Below, piece after piece: positions 24,671-32,000 of a stretch of DNA of 32,000 nt. The number at the start of each line of letters is the position of its first letter. Within the stretch, counting starts at the first letter, position 1. Under the pieces are notes generated by a model. That model searched no databases. It was not told the DNA's origin and saw only the letters and a program-made list of their open reading frames with translations. The stretch lies in the NCBI RefSeq assembly GCF_001306055.1, contig NZ_LGHJ01000006.1:60001-92000 (forward strand), in the 5' to 3' direction. Source of the DNA: Bellilinea caldifistulae (lineage in GTDB: Bacteria > Chloroflexota > Anaerolineae > Anaerolineales > Anaerolineaceae). The translations under genes and the position numbers were made by a program.

Positions 24671-25570
24671 ATGAATCCGATAAACCGTAAAATTGTTCCG
24701 TTTCTCTGGTATAACCAGGAAGCTGGCGAAGCAGCAAAGCTTTACCTGCACGCTTTTCCAGATTCGTCTCTTCGCAGTGTCACCACCTTTACTGAGACCC
24801 CCTCCGGCACTGTGAAAATTTATGCAGCCGATCTTTGGGACAGCGAGTTCCATTTGATGAGCGCCGGCCCGGAGTTTAAATTCACGCCGGTAATTTCTTT
24901 CCTGGTGGCTTGTAGTAGCGCAGCGGAGGTTGACAGTGTCTGGCAAAAACTCTCGCCGGAAGGTTCTGTGCTGATGGAACTGGGAAGTTATCCATTTAGT
25001 GAACGCTTTGGGTGGTTGCAGGATAAATACGGCGTATCGTGGCAGATGATGTTGTTTTCGGGAGATCGGCCCATCCGCCAGAGAATGATCCCGTTTTTGA
25101 TGTTTACCGGTCAACAGTTCGGCCGGGCAGAAGAAGCCATTCGTTTCTACGCCTCAATATTTCCGAACAGCGGTGTGGAGGAAATTCAACATTATGAAAA
25201 AGGAGAAGAACCAAATCAGCCCGGCACGGTTAAATTTGCCGAATTTACCCTGCATGGGCAGTCGTTTGCCGCCATAGACAGTTCCTATGAGCATGGTTTC
25301 ACTTTCAATGAAGCCATTTCGTTTGTGGTGAATTGCGAAACGCAAGAAGAAATTGATTATTATTGGGAAAAACTTTCGGCTGATCCCGAGGCGGAGATGT
25401 GCGGCTGGCTGAAGGATCGTTTTGGTGTATCATGGCAGATCGTCCCAACAATTATGTATGAAATGCAGCAGACAAATGACCCCATCCGGTTGACACGCTT
25501 GACCAGGGCCTTTCTCCAAATGAAGAAATTTGATATTGCTGCCTTAGAAAGGGCTTATGAAGGCAGCTGA
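24671..25570 (+). CDS. Tandem-domain VOC-superfamily protein (PhnB / 3-demethylubiquinone-9 3-methyltransferase-domain-like, PF06983-type, x2)
   Basis: Two homologous halves. Half 1: IVPFLWYNQEAGEAAKLY...FGWLQDKYGVSWQMM. Half 2: IPFLMFTGQQFGRAEEAIRFY...CGWLKDRFGVSWQIVP. SD AAAGGAG at 24655-24661. G+C is visibly lower than the flanking genes. Confidence 0.8.
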   Translation: MNPINRKIVPFLWYNQEAGEAAKLYLHAFPDSSLRSVTTFTETPSGTVKIYAADLWDSEFHLMSAGPEFKFTPVISFLVACSSAAEVDSVWQKLSPEGSVLMELGSYPFSERFGWLQDKYGVSWQMMLFSGDRPIRQRMIPFLMFTGQQFGRAEEAIRFYASIFPNSGVEEIQHYEKGEEPNQPGTVKFAEFTLHGQSFAAIDSSYEHGFTFNEAISFVVNCETQEEIDYYWEKLSADPEAEMCGWLKDRFGVSWQIVPTIMYEMQQTNDPIRLTRLTRAFLQMKKFDIAALERAYEGS

Positions 25571-25650
25571 TCGGTTAATTGAATTGGAGTGGATTTTTTC
25601 CGGCGGTAGAACCGGCCAGTGGTTTGGATAAGGGAGAAATCCGTTAATTG

Positions 25651-25692
25651 AATAAAATTCCTGCAGCCATCCTGTTCGTTGGGTGGCTGCAG
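25651..25692 (-). terminator. Rho-independent terminator of surE (possibly bidirectional)
   Basis: 12-bp stem CTGCAGCCATCC (25661-25672) pairs with GGGTGGCTGCAG (25681-25692), including one G-U pair. On the minus strand it is followed by GAATTTTATT. Confidence 0.7.
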
Positions 25693-25711
25693 TGCCGTGT
25701 GCGTTTTTCTG

Positions 25712-26512
25712 TTACGCCGACTCCAAAAGAGGATGACCGATTTCCTGATCCCACTCCCATTGATTCAATTCGGGGAAGAGGGAGTAGGCGGTCAGGTCGA
25801 GTTTAAGAGGGGTGATCGAAACAAAACCATCCGCCACGGCGCCGATGTCGCTGCCCCGTTCGGGAATGCCGGTTGGCGAGTCCCCGCTGATCCAGTAATA
25901 CGGGCGGCCGCGCGGGTCTACCCGCGAATCGAGTTTGTCGTGATACACGCGCAGTCCCATCCGGGTCAGACGGTAACCTTTGATTTGATTCATCGGTAAA
26001 AAGGGAATGTTGACATTCAGTAAATTCCCTTCCGGCAGGCCGTTCTGAATGACGGCGCGGGTGATCTGGCGGGCAACCTGCTCGGCAGCCTGAAAATCGG
26101 CCAGGGTGAGGTGGTTTTTGGGTGAATCGAGCGAGAAAGCAATCGCCGGCAGTCCCCAAATGGCTGCTTCCATCGCCGCGGTAACTGTCCCGGAGTAGGT
26201 GACATCATGCCCAAGGTTGGCGTAGGGGTTAATTCCGGAAACCACCAGATCCACTTTTTCGCCCAAAAAATTGCAGATTGCCAGTGCCACGCAGTCCGAA
26301 GGTGCGCCGTCAGTGGCAAAGGCGGAGGTGCCGTCTTCCAACGGCATTTCTTTGACTCGCAACGGCCGGTCAAGTGTTTTGACATGCCCGGAAGCCGACC
26401 AGTTGCGGTCAGGGGCCAGCACACTGACCTTGCCGAGCGGTCTGACCGCCTGCGCCAGCGCCAGCAGCCCCGGCGCGTGAATGCCGTCATCATTGGTGAC
26501 CAGAATGTGCAT
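25712..26512 (-). CDS. surE: 5'/3'-nucleotidase SurE
   Basis: The N-terminus MHILVTNDDGIHAPGLLAL and GINPYANLGHDVTYSGTVTAAMEA are canonical SurE blocks. SD GGGAGG lies before the ATG. Confidence 0.9.
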   Translation of the reverse strand: MHILVTNDDGIHAPGLLALAQAVRPLGKVSVLAPDRNWSASGHVKTLDRPLRVKEMPLEDGTSAFATDGAPSDCVALAICNFLGEKVDLVVSGINPYANLGHDVTYSGTVTAAMEAAIWGLPAIAFSLDSPKNHLTLADFQAAEQVARQITRAVIQNGLPEGNLLNVNIPFLPMNQIKGYRLTRMGLRVYHDKLDSRVDPRGRPYYWISGDSPTGIPERGSDIGAVADGFVSITPLKLDLTAYSLFPELNQWEWDQEIGHPLLESA

Positions 26513-26762
26513 GAGATTTCCTCCCGTCCAGAATGTGCCTTGCGGTTCGGTTTCTGTGGCTAAAACGCAGCCAAGGCCTGATCTTATCTTACCTGCCCAA
26601 GATTAGCAAACCACAAAAAATGGATTAAGAACAGGTAAAAAATCTTTTAATGCTCAAAACAAATCGGTTGGGCAGTGTTTCCACGTCACCCCAACAAAGC
26701 CCTGATGAGGTTGCGTCTATGGGTTGAACCTGATCTTGCCGGAACGAAATAAAAGGTCGTGA

Positions 26763-27377
26763 TCACGCGTCCGCATAAGTGATGCCGATGATCCGCAGGT
26801 CAACCGGATTCTGGCGGAAGTTCTCGAAGGTCAAATCGCGCAGGCTCAGGCCGCTGACGGTTTTCAACTGCTCGAACAAGGTGTAGTACCCCATGGCGAT
26901 GCGGGCTTCCCAGTTCAGGTTAAGTCGCCGGGCCATCTGGTGAATCGTGTCTGCATCCGGCGCTTCGATTTCACAAAACAGCCCGAAAGGCATCTCATCC
27001 AGCACAATTTCAGCCTCTCCCAGCCGGTAGGTGGTGCGGTACTTTTCATACATCATGCTGACCTGATAGCCCAATGCTTCCAACAACCGCCGGCAAGCCT
27101 CCGCATCGCTGACCTCCACCTCCACTTCCTGACGGACGGCAACTTCGGCTCCGGCTTGACCGGCGCCCTTGTAGGTGAGCAGGGGGCGGCCATCCTGACG
27201 CAGGCGCAGGACGCGGTGAGCGCGGGTCAGGCTGCCATCCGGCAGGTCGAAACGCCAGTTGAGTTCATGGTGCCTTGGCTTCACCTGTACCGCACCGATG
27301 TTTTCCAGTCTCCGGCGGAAGGCGGACAGATCACGCAGAAAAAACTTGGCTTCAATTTCCATGTCGTTGTGATTCAT
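26763..27377 (-). CDS. CYTH-domain protein (CyaB/ThTPase-like triphosphate tunnel metalloenzyme)
   Basis: An EIEAKF (ExExK) motif near the N-terminus, about 200 aa, with alternating charged beta-strand pattern. Start taken at ATG 27377, which overlaps the upstream stop as ATGA. ATG 27362 is an alternative start. Confidence 0.7.
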   Translation of the reverse strand: MNHNDMEIEAKFFLRDLSAFRRRLENIGAVQVKPRHHELNWRFDLPDGSLTRAHRVLRLRQDGRPLLTYKGAGQAGAEVAVRQEVEVEVSDAEACRRLLEALGYQVSMMYEKYRTTYRLGEAEIVLDEMPFGLFCEIEAPDADTIHQMARRLNLNWEARIAMGYYTLFEQLKTVSGLSLRDLTFENFRQNPVDLRIIGITYADA

Positions 27378-27799
27378 GTGGCTCTCCATTCTTTCCATAA
27401 CACCCAACCCGCCAGCGCAACCAGCAGCACCGAAGCCGCCAAACTGAACGGCAGGTTGAACCACTGCGGCGAGCGGGCAAAAACCAGCCGCTCAAACCAG
27501 TCCCAGCCCAGCCAGAGAACGAGCGTCAGGGTAGCCAGCCCGACTCCCCAGCGGCGACCCAGCCATAGACCCACCGCGGCGGGGAACCCCAATATGCCAA
27601 AGAACACACCGCTGGCGATGAAGTAACCCATTCCCAGCGGGAGGTCGAGCCGGCTGTAAAAATCCGCATTGCGGAGCGTTTCAGCCAGCCTCAGCCAGCC
27701 GCCAAGCCCGATGAACAAATTGGCGAAGGCGATCACCTTCAAGCCGAATGAACGCTTGCGCCGGGGAGGGAGCTGGTTTATTGCCATCGCACATCCCAC
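27374..27799 (-). CDS. Small 4-TM membrane protein, unknown function
   Basis: Four hydrophobic segments and Trp-rich loops. I recognise no family. The start is GTG 27799 or ATG 27787; both overlap the 3' end of the upstream glycosyltransferase gene. Confidence 0.5.
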   Translation of the reverse strand: MGCAMAINQLPPRRKRSFGLKVIAFANLFIGLGGWLRLAETLRNADFYSRLDLPLGMGYFIASGVFFGILGFPAAVGLWLGRRWGVGLATLTLVLWLGWDWFERLVFARSPQWFNLPFSLAASVLLVALAGWVLWKEWRAT

Positions 27800-30096
27800 A
27801 GGTGGACGTGGGCGCTTTCGCCGTCACGGGTGCTGTAAATCTCAATGTCTATCTGACTGGCGGTCAGTTCTGTATCGAACAGCACGGTAACTTCGCGCGG
27901 ATCGGGGGTTTCTTCTTTTTCGGCCTCAAACCGGCGCGGATTTTGACCATCCGGCGGATAGACCCACACCACCACCCTGCCCGGCACCCCGCCGATCCGC
28001 GTCGTCAGCGCTTTCAGGCTCTGCGGTGTATCGAAAAACAGGTTGAGGACGAGCGGATTGGCTTCCAGCGTGCGGATCAGCGTACCCGGTTGCCCGTCGA
28101 AGGCGTGTTCAATTTCGCCCATGTCCAGTCGGGAATAGCGCACATTCAGCAGTGTCCCGTCATTCAAACGCAGCGCTTTTTCCTGCAAGGCGCGCCGTTC
28201 CTGCCGTTCCTGCTCAAAGAGGTCTTGGGCATTTTCGACATAGCGCAGGCGCACAAAGTAGAATCCGGTTTTGCCGTTGGGGTAATTCAACCTGCGCTCC
28301 ACCTGAACGTCGGTGAATTTGTTGCTTTCCTGAACCTTTTGCCATTCCTCCGGAATCATGACGAAGCGGGTGTTTTCGGCCAGCGGCTGATAATCGTTCA
28401 GATAGCCTTCAATGCTGCCCAGCCGGAAGGGCAACGGGTCGTCGAAGAAGAAACGCGCGATCACATCGGTACCATTTGCCCAGGAAGGCGAAACCACCAG
28501 ATCCACGCCGGGGTTTTGGCTGAGGTAGTCGCTGACTTCGGCAAACAACTGGCGAGCGCCCCACTGTAACCCGCTCAGCCCATAATCACTTGACCAGAAT
28601 GGCGCGTGATTCAAGGCATCCTGCAGCATGGAAAAGGCGGCAATGGTAAGAAGGAGGAACAGAACGAGGCTCAGCCAGACCGTCCAGTTGGGACGCGGCC
28701 AGCGCTTCTGCAAGCGGCGGCTGAGCCAGTGAATCACGCTTTCCAGTCCCAGCCCGCCCAATAATGCCGCCGGGATGACCATGAACAGCGCCCGGGTGAT
28801 ACCCAGTTTGACCAGTGCCGCTCCGCTGGGAGCAGCCAAAAGAGCCAGTAGAATCAGCCGGTACTCGCTTCGGCGCAGATTTTGCAACGTCCGCCCCAAA
28901 CCCACCGTCACAAATGGCAGGCTGATCCAGCCCAGATGACCGTAACCCTTCATCACATGGCGAATCAACTCGCCGGTCTGCGGAATGAACCAGTACAGGG
29001 GATTCAGCCCGCTCACGTACTCGCTCAGGTAAATACCCACTTTTTGAAGCGGGGTGCGGTCGGACAGCCAGTAGGAATTGAGCAGGGTCAGGTGGCGAGT
29101 CATTTCGCCGGGGTGTTCGATTTGGAAACGCAGGTAGGGCAGGGCAAACATGGCCACCAGTCCCAGCGCCAGTAACAAACGGCGGCGCTGCTGCCAGTGG
29201 TAGTGCCAATCGGAAATGAGCAGAAACAGAGACAGGCTGATGATCACCATTTGCGCCGGGCTGTAGCTGTAAAAAGTCAGGGCTGCTGCGCAGACGGCCC
29301 CGTAAATCCACGCCGGTTGACCTTCCCGGTAGCGCCAGTAGGCGTACAGAAAGACCGCAAAGAAGGTCACCGCCAGACCGACTTCAAAGGCCGTGCGGGA
29401 GTGTAAAAACCAGGCCGGCATTACGGCAAGCAGCAGAGCCGCCCCCCAGCCAAACGGACTGCCGAACCCCCTGCGCAGCAACAGGCCAACCGAAAGGGCT
29501 GCCAGCAAACTGATGACGGCCGGAACGGCGCGGGTGACCCACACCGATTTGCCGAACCACAGGTAGGGCAGTACCTGCACGTAAACCGAAAGGCTCAGGT
29601 TGTACATCGAGCCGTTCGGGAAGTAGGCCGGTAAAAATTCGCCGTTGTAACCGCGAAAACCATCCCGCACCAGATCGGCTGCCAGCACGGTTTGGACGGC
29701 TTCATCGGTGAAGAAGTAGACCGGAAAATCCGGCAGAGCGATCAGGCGGGTGGCGAGGTAGACCAGCAAGGCCAGCCCCAGCAGAAAGGACGGCAGATGA
29801 GCTGTCGTCCTTTCCCACCGGCTGGGGTGGGGTTGAACCTCTCCGGTTGGGGCTTCAAGCCAGTCCGGCAGGGGTAAGGGCGGGTTCGCAAAGGTCAGCG
29901 TATGGCTTTCCAGCCTTTTGCCCTCCGGTGAGCGGCTTTCGATGGTCAGGTGCAGGGTAGTATGGGCGGGCACTTCCACCTGCATCCGCAGGTGAACTTC
30001 GGCTGAGGGGGAGGCTGCTTCGCCTTCCGGCGGGGTTGGAAGGGAGTCGGGGCTATTTTGCGGCTGGAAATCGGGGGAAGATTCGGCTGCACACAT
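27778..30096 (-). CDS. GT-C-fold membrane glycosyltransferase (ArnT/PMT/GT39-83-like) with C-terminal jelly-roll (carbohydrate-binding-like) domain
   Basis: 772 aa. An N-terminal soluble segment of about 100 aa is followed by TM1 and the acidic loop motif YFFTDEAV, then about 12 TM helices. The C-terminal soluble region of about 270 aa ends in a beta-rich module (...QIDIEIYSTRDGESAHVHLWDVRWQ). Confidence 0.6.
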   Translation of the reverse strand: MCAAESSPDFQPQNSPDSLPTPPEGEAASPSAEVHLRMQVEVPAHTTLHLTIESRSPEGKRLESHTLTFANPPLPLPDWLEAPTGEVQPHPSRWERTTAHLPSFLLGLALLVYLATRLIALPDFPVYFFTDEAVQTVLAADLVRDGFRGYNGEFLPAYFPNGSMYNLSLSVYVQVLPYLWFGKSVWVTRAVPAVISLLAALSVGLLLRRGFGSPFGWGAALLLAVMPAWFLHSRTAFEVGLAVTFFAVFLYAYWRYREGQPAWIYGAVCAAALTFYSYSPAQMVIISLSLFLLISDWHYHWQQRRRLLLALGLVAMFALPYLRFQIEHPGEMTRHLTLLNSYWLSDRTPLQKVGIYLSEYVSGLNPLYWFIPQTGELIRHVMKGYGHLGWISLPFVTVGLGRTLQNLRRSEYRLILLALLAAPSGAALVKLGITRALFMVIPAALLGGLGLESVIHWLSRRLQKRWPRPNWTVWLSLVLFLLLTIAAFSMLQDALNHAPFWSSDYGLSGLQWGARQLFAEVSDYLSQNPGVDLVVSPSWANGTDVIARFFFDDPLPFRLGSIEGYLNDYQPLAENTRFVMIPEEWQKVQESNKFTDVQVERRLNYPNGKTGFYFVRLRYVENAQDLFEQERQERRALQEKALRLNDGTLLNVRYSRLDMGEIEHAFDGQPGTLIRTLEANPLVLNLFFDTPQSLKALTTRIGGVPGRVVVWVYPPDGQNPRRFEAEKEETPDPREVTVLFDTELTASQIDIEIYSTRDGESAHVHLWDVRWQ

Positions 30097-30232
30097 TGCT
30101 ACTGGGATTATAGCATGAGGCGAACTAATCGCCTCTCATCCAGATGCGTTTGGGATAAAAGGTATCGGCTGGCGGGCGGAAAATTTCGCGGAAAGGTGTT
30201 GATCTACCCCTTTCTACAACAGCATATTTGGT

Positions 30233-30261
30233 TTGTTCCTCTCCTTCCATAGTGCTATAAT
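30233..30261 (+). promoter_or_regulatory. Promoter of the Lgt-like gene (leaderless-type)
   Basis: TTGTTC (30233-30238), 17-nt spacer, TGcTATAAT (30253-30261). ATG 30270 lies 8 nt after the -10. The divergent GT-C gene has TGcTATAAT on the minus strand at 30107-30115, 10 nt before its ATG at 30096. Confidence 0.5.
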
Positions 30262-30269
30262 CCAAAACG

Positions 30270-31037
30270 ATGAACCTCTTTTCGCTGATGGTCGGAATAG
30301 GCGCATCGCTGGGTCTGCTGCAAGTCTGGCGGGACGCGCCGCCGCGCAGGGAGTTTGCCTGGCTGCTGAACGGCTGGCTGATTCTGCTGACGGCGCTGAT
30401 CGGCGGGCGGGCCGGTTTCGTCTGGCTCAACCCGCACCTGTTTGCCGGGGACTGGCAGGCGGCGCTGCGTTTTTGGGAAGGCGGGCTGATTTTTCCCACT
30501 GCCTTACTGGCGGTTCTACTGATGATTCCCCTTCTGACCATCCTCCGTCGTCTATCCATCCCGCAGGCGGCCGATCTCACCATTCTTCTGCTCATCCCCC
30601 TGGCGGTGAGCCTGTGGCTGGGTTGCGGTGTAGCCGGATGCGCTTACGGCATGGCACTGACCGATCAGTATCCCTGGGCGCTGCCGGTGCTCGATTCGGA
30701 CGGCACACTGACTTACCGTTTGCCGCTGCCCTATCTGGCGGCGTTCGTCCTTCTGCTGATTGCCCGCCCGGTGGAGAAGAAAGCTATCGAACTTCAAATA
30801 CCGGGGGCACGCGCCAGTTTGCTCGGTTTTGTGCTGGGTGTGCACACCTTAATCTTTTCCTCGTGGCGTGCCGATGCCGTACCCACCTTTCAAAACATTC
30901 GGCTGGATTTGGCTGTCGGTACGCTGTTAGCCGTGATTGGCCTGTTCGGCGCGCTGGTGATTGAGGTTATCCGTCTTTCCAAAGCCCTCAACCGCCGCCG
31001 TCTCTCTGCCAGACGCCCCCCTCATCCTTCTACTTAG
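30270..31037 (+). CDS. Prolipoprotein diacylglyceryl transferase (Lgt)-like membrane protein, divergent
   Basis: IGGRAGFVWLN, RFWEGGLIFPTAL and LGCGVAGCAYG resemble the Lgt blocks (GaR.G.v, .W.GGl...G, GR.GNf.n.E..G, the last in its GC..GC.yG variant). The assignment is tentative. Confidence 0.45.
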   Translation: MNLFSLMVGIGASLGLLQVWRDAPPRREFAWLLNGWLILLTALIGGRAGFVWLNPHLFAGDWQAALRFWEGGLIFPTALLAVLLMIPLLTILRRLSIPQAADLTILLLIPLAVSLWLGCGVAGCAYGMALTDQYPWALPVLDSDGTLTYRLPLPYLAAFVLLLIARPVEKKAIELQIPGARASLLGFVLGVHTLIFSSWRADAVPTFQNIRLDLAVGTLLAVIGLFGALVIEVIRLSKALNRRRLSARRPPHPST

Positions 31038-31050
31038 GAAAAAGCAACCC

Positions 31051-31914
31051 ATGAGATTGACGCTCGGATTGGCTCAAATCAATACCGTGCTGGGCAAGCC
31101 GGAAGCAAACCTCGAAAAACACCTCGCCCTTGCCCGGCAAGCCGCTCAGGATGGAGCGGATTTGCTCATCTTCCCCGAACTTTCACTGACCGGTTATGTG
31201 CTGCAAGACCTGACCGCGGCGGTGGCTCACCGCCCGCAGGCCGATGACCCGCTCTTCCAACCGCTGCTGGAAGCCTCTCGCAAGATTGACTTACTGGTGG
31301 GCTTCGTGGAAGAAGACACCCGTAACCGTTTTTACATCGCTGCCGCCTATCTTTCCAAAGGGGAAGTATGCCACGTTCATCGCAAGGTGTATTTACCCAC
31401 CTACGGGCTGTTTGACGAGGGGCGTTTCTTCGCCTGGGGAGATGCGATTCAGGCGTTTGAAACCCGTTTTGGGCGGGCGGGGATACTGATCTGCGAGGAC
31501 TTCTGGCACGCTTCGCCGCCTTACCTGCTGTGGCTGGACGGCGCCGACCTGTTTCTGTTTACCTCCGCTTCGCCAGGGCGCGGCCTGAACAGTGCGCCAA
31601 TTCTCGAATCGGCACGCTGGGTGGAGCACATCAACCACGCCTACGCCAGTTTGTTTACCGCTTTTGTGGCACACACCAACCGGGTGGGTTACGAGGACGG
31701 CCTGAATTTTTGGGGCGGCTCAACCGTCTTTGACCCGAACGGGGAATTGATTGTGCAGGCCCCCTACTTTGAAGAGGGAGTCACGCTGGCAGAATTAGAC
31801 CTCAATCAACTGCACCGCACCCGCGCCCGTCTGCCGCTTTTGCGCGACGAACGCACCGCCCTCGTCCAGCGCGAACTGAACCGCATCCTCACCAGCCGCA
31901 CCTCCGGCAGATAA
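31051..31914 (+). CDS. Carbon-nitrogen hydrolase (nitrilase superfamily), probable glutaminase partner of NAD+ synthetase
   Basis: LGLAQINTVLGKPEANL, the catalytic-Glu context LLIFPELSLTGY, and the catalytic-Cys context GILICEDFWH. Start taken at ATG 31051. It is followed 8 nt later by a NadE-like start. Confidence 0.75.
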   Translation: MRLTLGLAQINTVLGKPEANLEKHLALARQAAQDGADLLIFPELSLTGYVLQDLTAAVAHRPQADDPLFQPLLEASRKIDLLVGFVEEDTRNRFYIAAAYLSKGEVCHVHRKVYLPTYGLFDEGRFFAWGDAIQAFETRFGRAGILICEDFWHASPPYLLWLDGADLFLFTSASPGRGLNSAPILESARWVEHINHAYASLFTAFVAHTNRVGYEDGLNFWGGSTVFDPNGELIVQAPYFEEGVTLAELDLNQLHRTRARLPLLRDERTALVQRELNRILTSRTSGR

Positions 31915-31921
31915 AAAGAGA

Positions 31922-32000
31922 ATGGCCATGAAACCGATTGACCTGACGATTAACACCGACCTTGCCCGGCGTATTTTAACCGGCTTCATCCGCAGTGAAA
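31922..32000 (+). CDS. Probable NAD+ synthetase NadE, N-terminal 26 aa only (3' end lies outside the window)
   Basis: M(A)MKPIDLTINTDLARRILTGFIRSE resembles the NadE N-terminus (i....v...i..Fir.e). The call rests on 26 residues plus the adjacency to a CN-hydrolase. Confidence 0.35.
   Translation, partial: MAMKPIDLTINTDLARRILTGFIRSE

Noticed and set aside
26573-26740. Short repeats in the surE upstream spacer (CCTGATCTT x2; CTGCCCAA ... TTGGGCAG inverted, about 65 nt apart)
   Set aside because: These are 8-9 nt matches in a 250-nt spacer, within chance expectation. No clear promoter or structure could be tied to them.
1-32000. CRISPR arrays, transposases, integrases, prophage, toxin-antitoxin or known defence genes
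   Set aside because: I scanned all six-frame ORFs and the DNA for regularly spaced direct repeats and terminal inverted repeats and found none. The only repeats are those reported as features.

Overview
High-G+C bacterial chromosomal window, about 62% G+C in hand-counted samples. It holds 27 protein-coding genes (two truncated by the window edges) and one tRNA-Phe. All calls come from reading the supplied translations and the DNA by eye; no BLAST or HMM searches were run. Gene content is housekeeping plus a strong cell-envelope and extracytoplasmic theme. Housekeeping and transport genes: R3H protein (3' part), lactate permease, LpxL/HtrB-type acyltransferase, membrane-anchored GTPase, MFS transporter, rsmA, tmk, surE. 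Envelope-related genes: YabE-like G5/3D wall protein, DsbA-cyclophilin fusion lipoprotein, PrsW-like protease, DedA, a large PKD lipoprotein, CapA-like lipoprotein, two GT-C-type membrane glycosyltransferases, M50/CBS site-2 protease, Lgt-like protein. Others: GrpB, a lipoprotein-type cytochrome cd1 nitrite reductase (nirS), a tandem-VOC protein, a CYTH protein, and a CN-hydrolase followed by a probable nadE start. The yabE-rsmA synteny, four lipobox proteins and several leaderless-type promoters fit a monoderm-like high-GC lineage such as Chloroflexota, but that is only an inference. I found no transposase, integrase, CRISPR array, toxin-antitoxin or recognisable defence genes, and I cannot point to a clear multi-gene novel system. 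The best candidates for something undescribed are these. (1) A 29-nt promoter/operator module, 27/29 identical, lies upstream of two distant unrelated genes and carries a LexA/Cheo-box-like AGAAC-N4-xTTCT in the spacer. (2) One of those targets is a translationally coupled cytoplasmic BNR beta-propeller plus MoaD/ThiS-like ubiquitin-fold protein ending in GG, with no E1, MoaE or ThiG partner nearby. (3) The C-terminus of the PKD lipoprotein has a triple Cys-bracketed ~60-68 aa repeat (CG[ILV][IV]G..A..GDIQE ... W.[IV]..LC) that I cannot assign to any family. (4) A GT-C glycosyltransferase / 4-TM protein / CYTH operon is joined by overlapping stop and start codons. (5) An orphan nirS encodes a lipoprotein with a fused extra c-type haem domain, and a perfect TTGCG-N4-CGCAA (NnrR/FNR-architecture) box sits at the predicted -41.5 position. 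The many long ORFs antisense or out of frame to these genes are treated as high-GC shadow ORFs.
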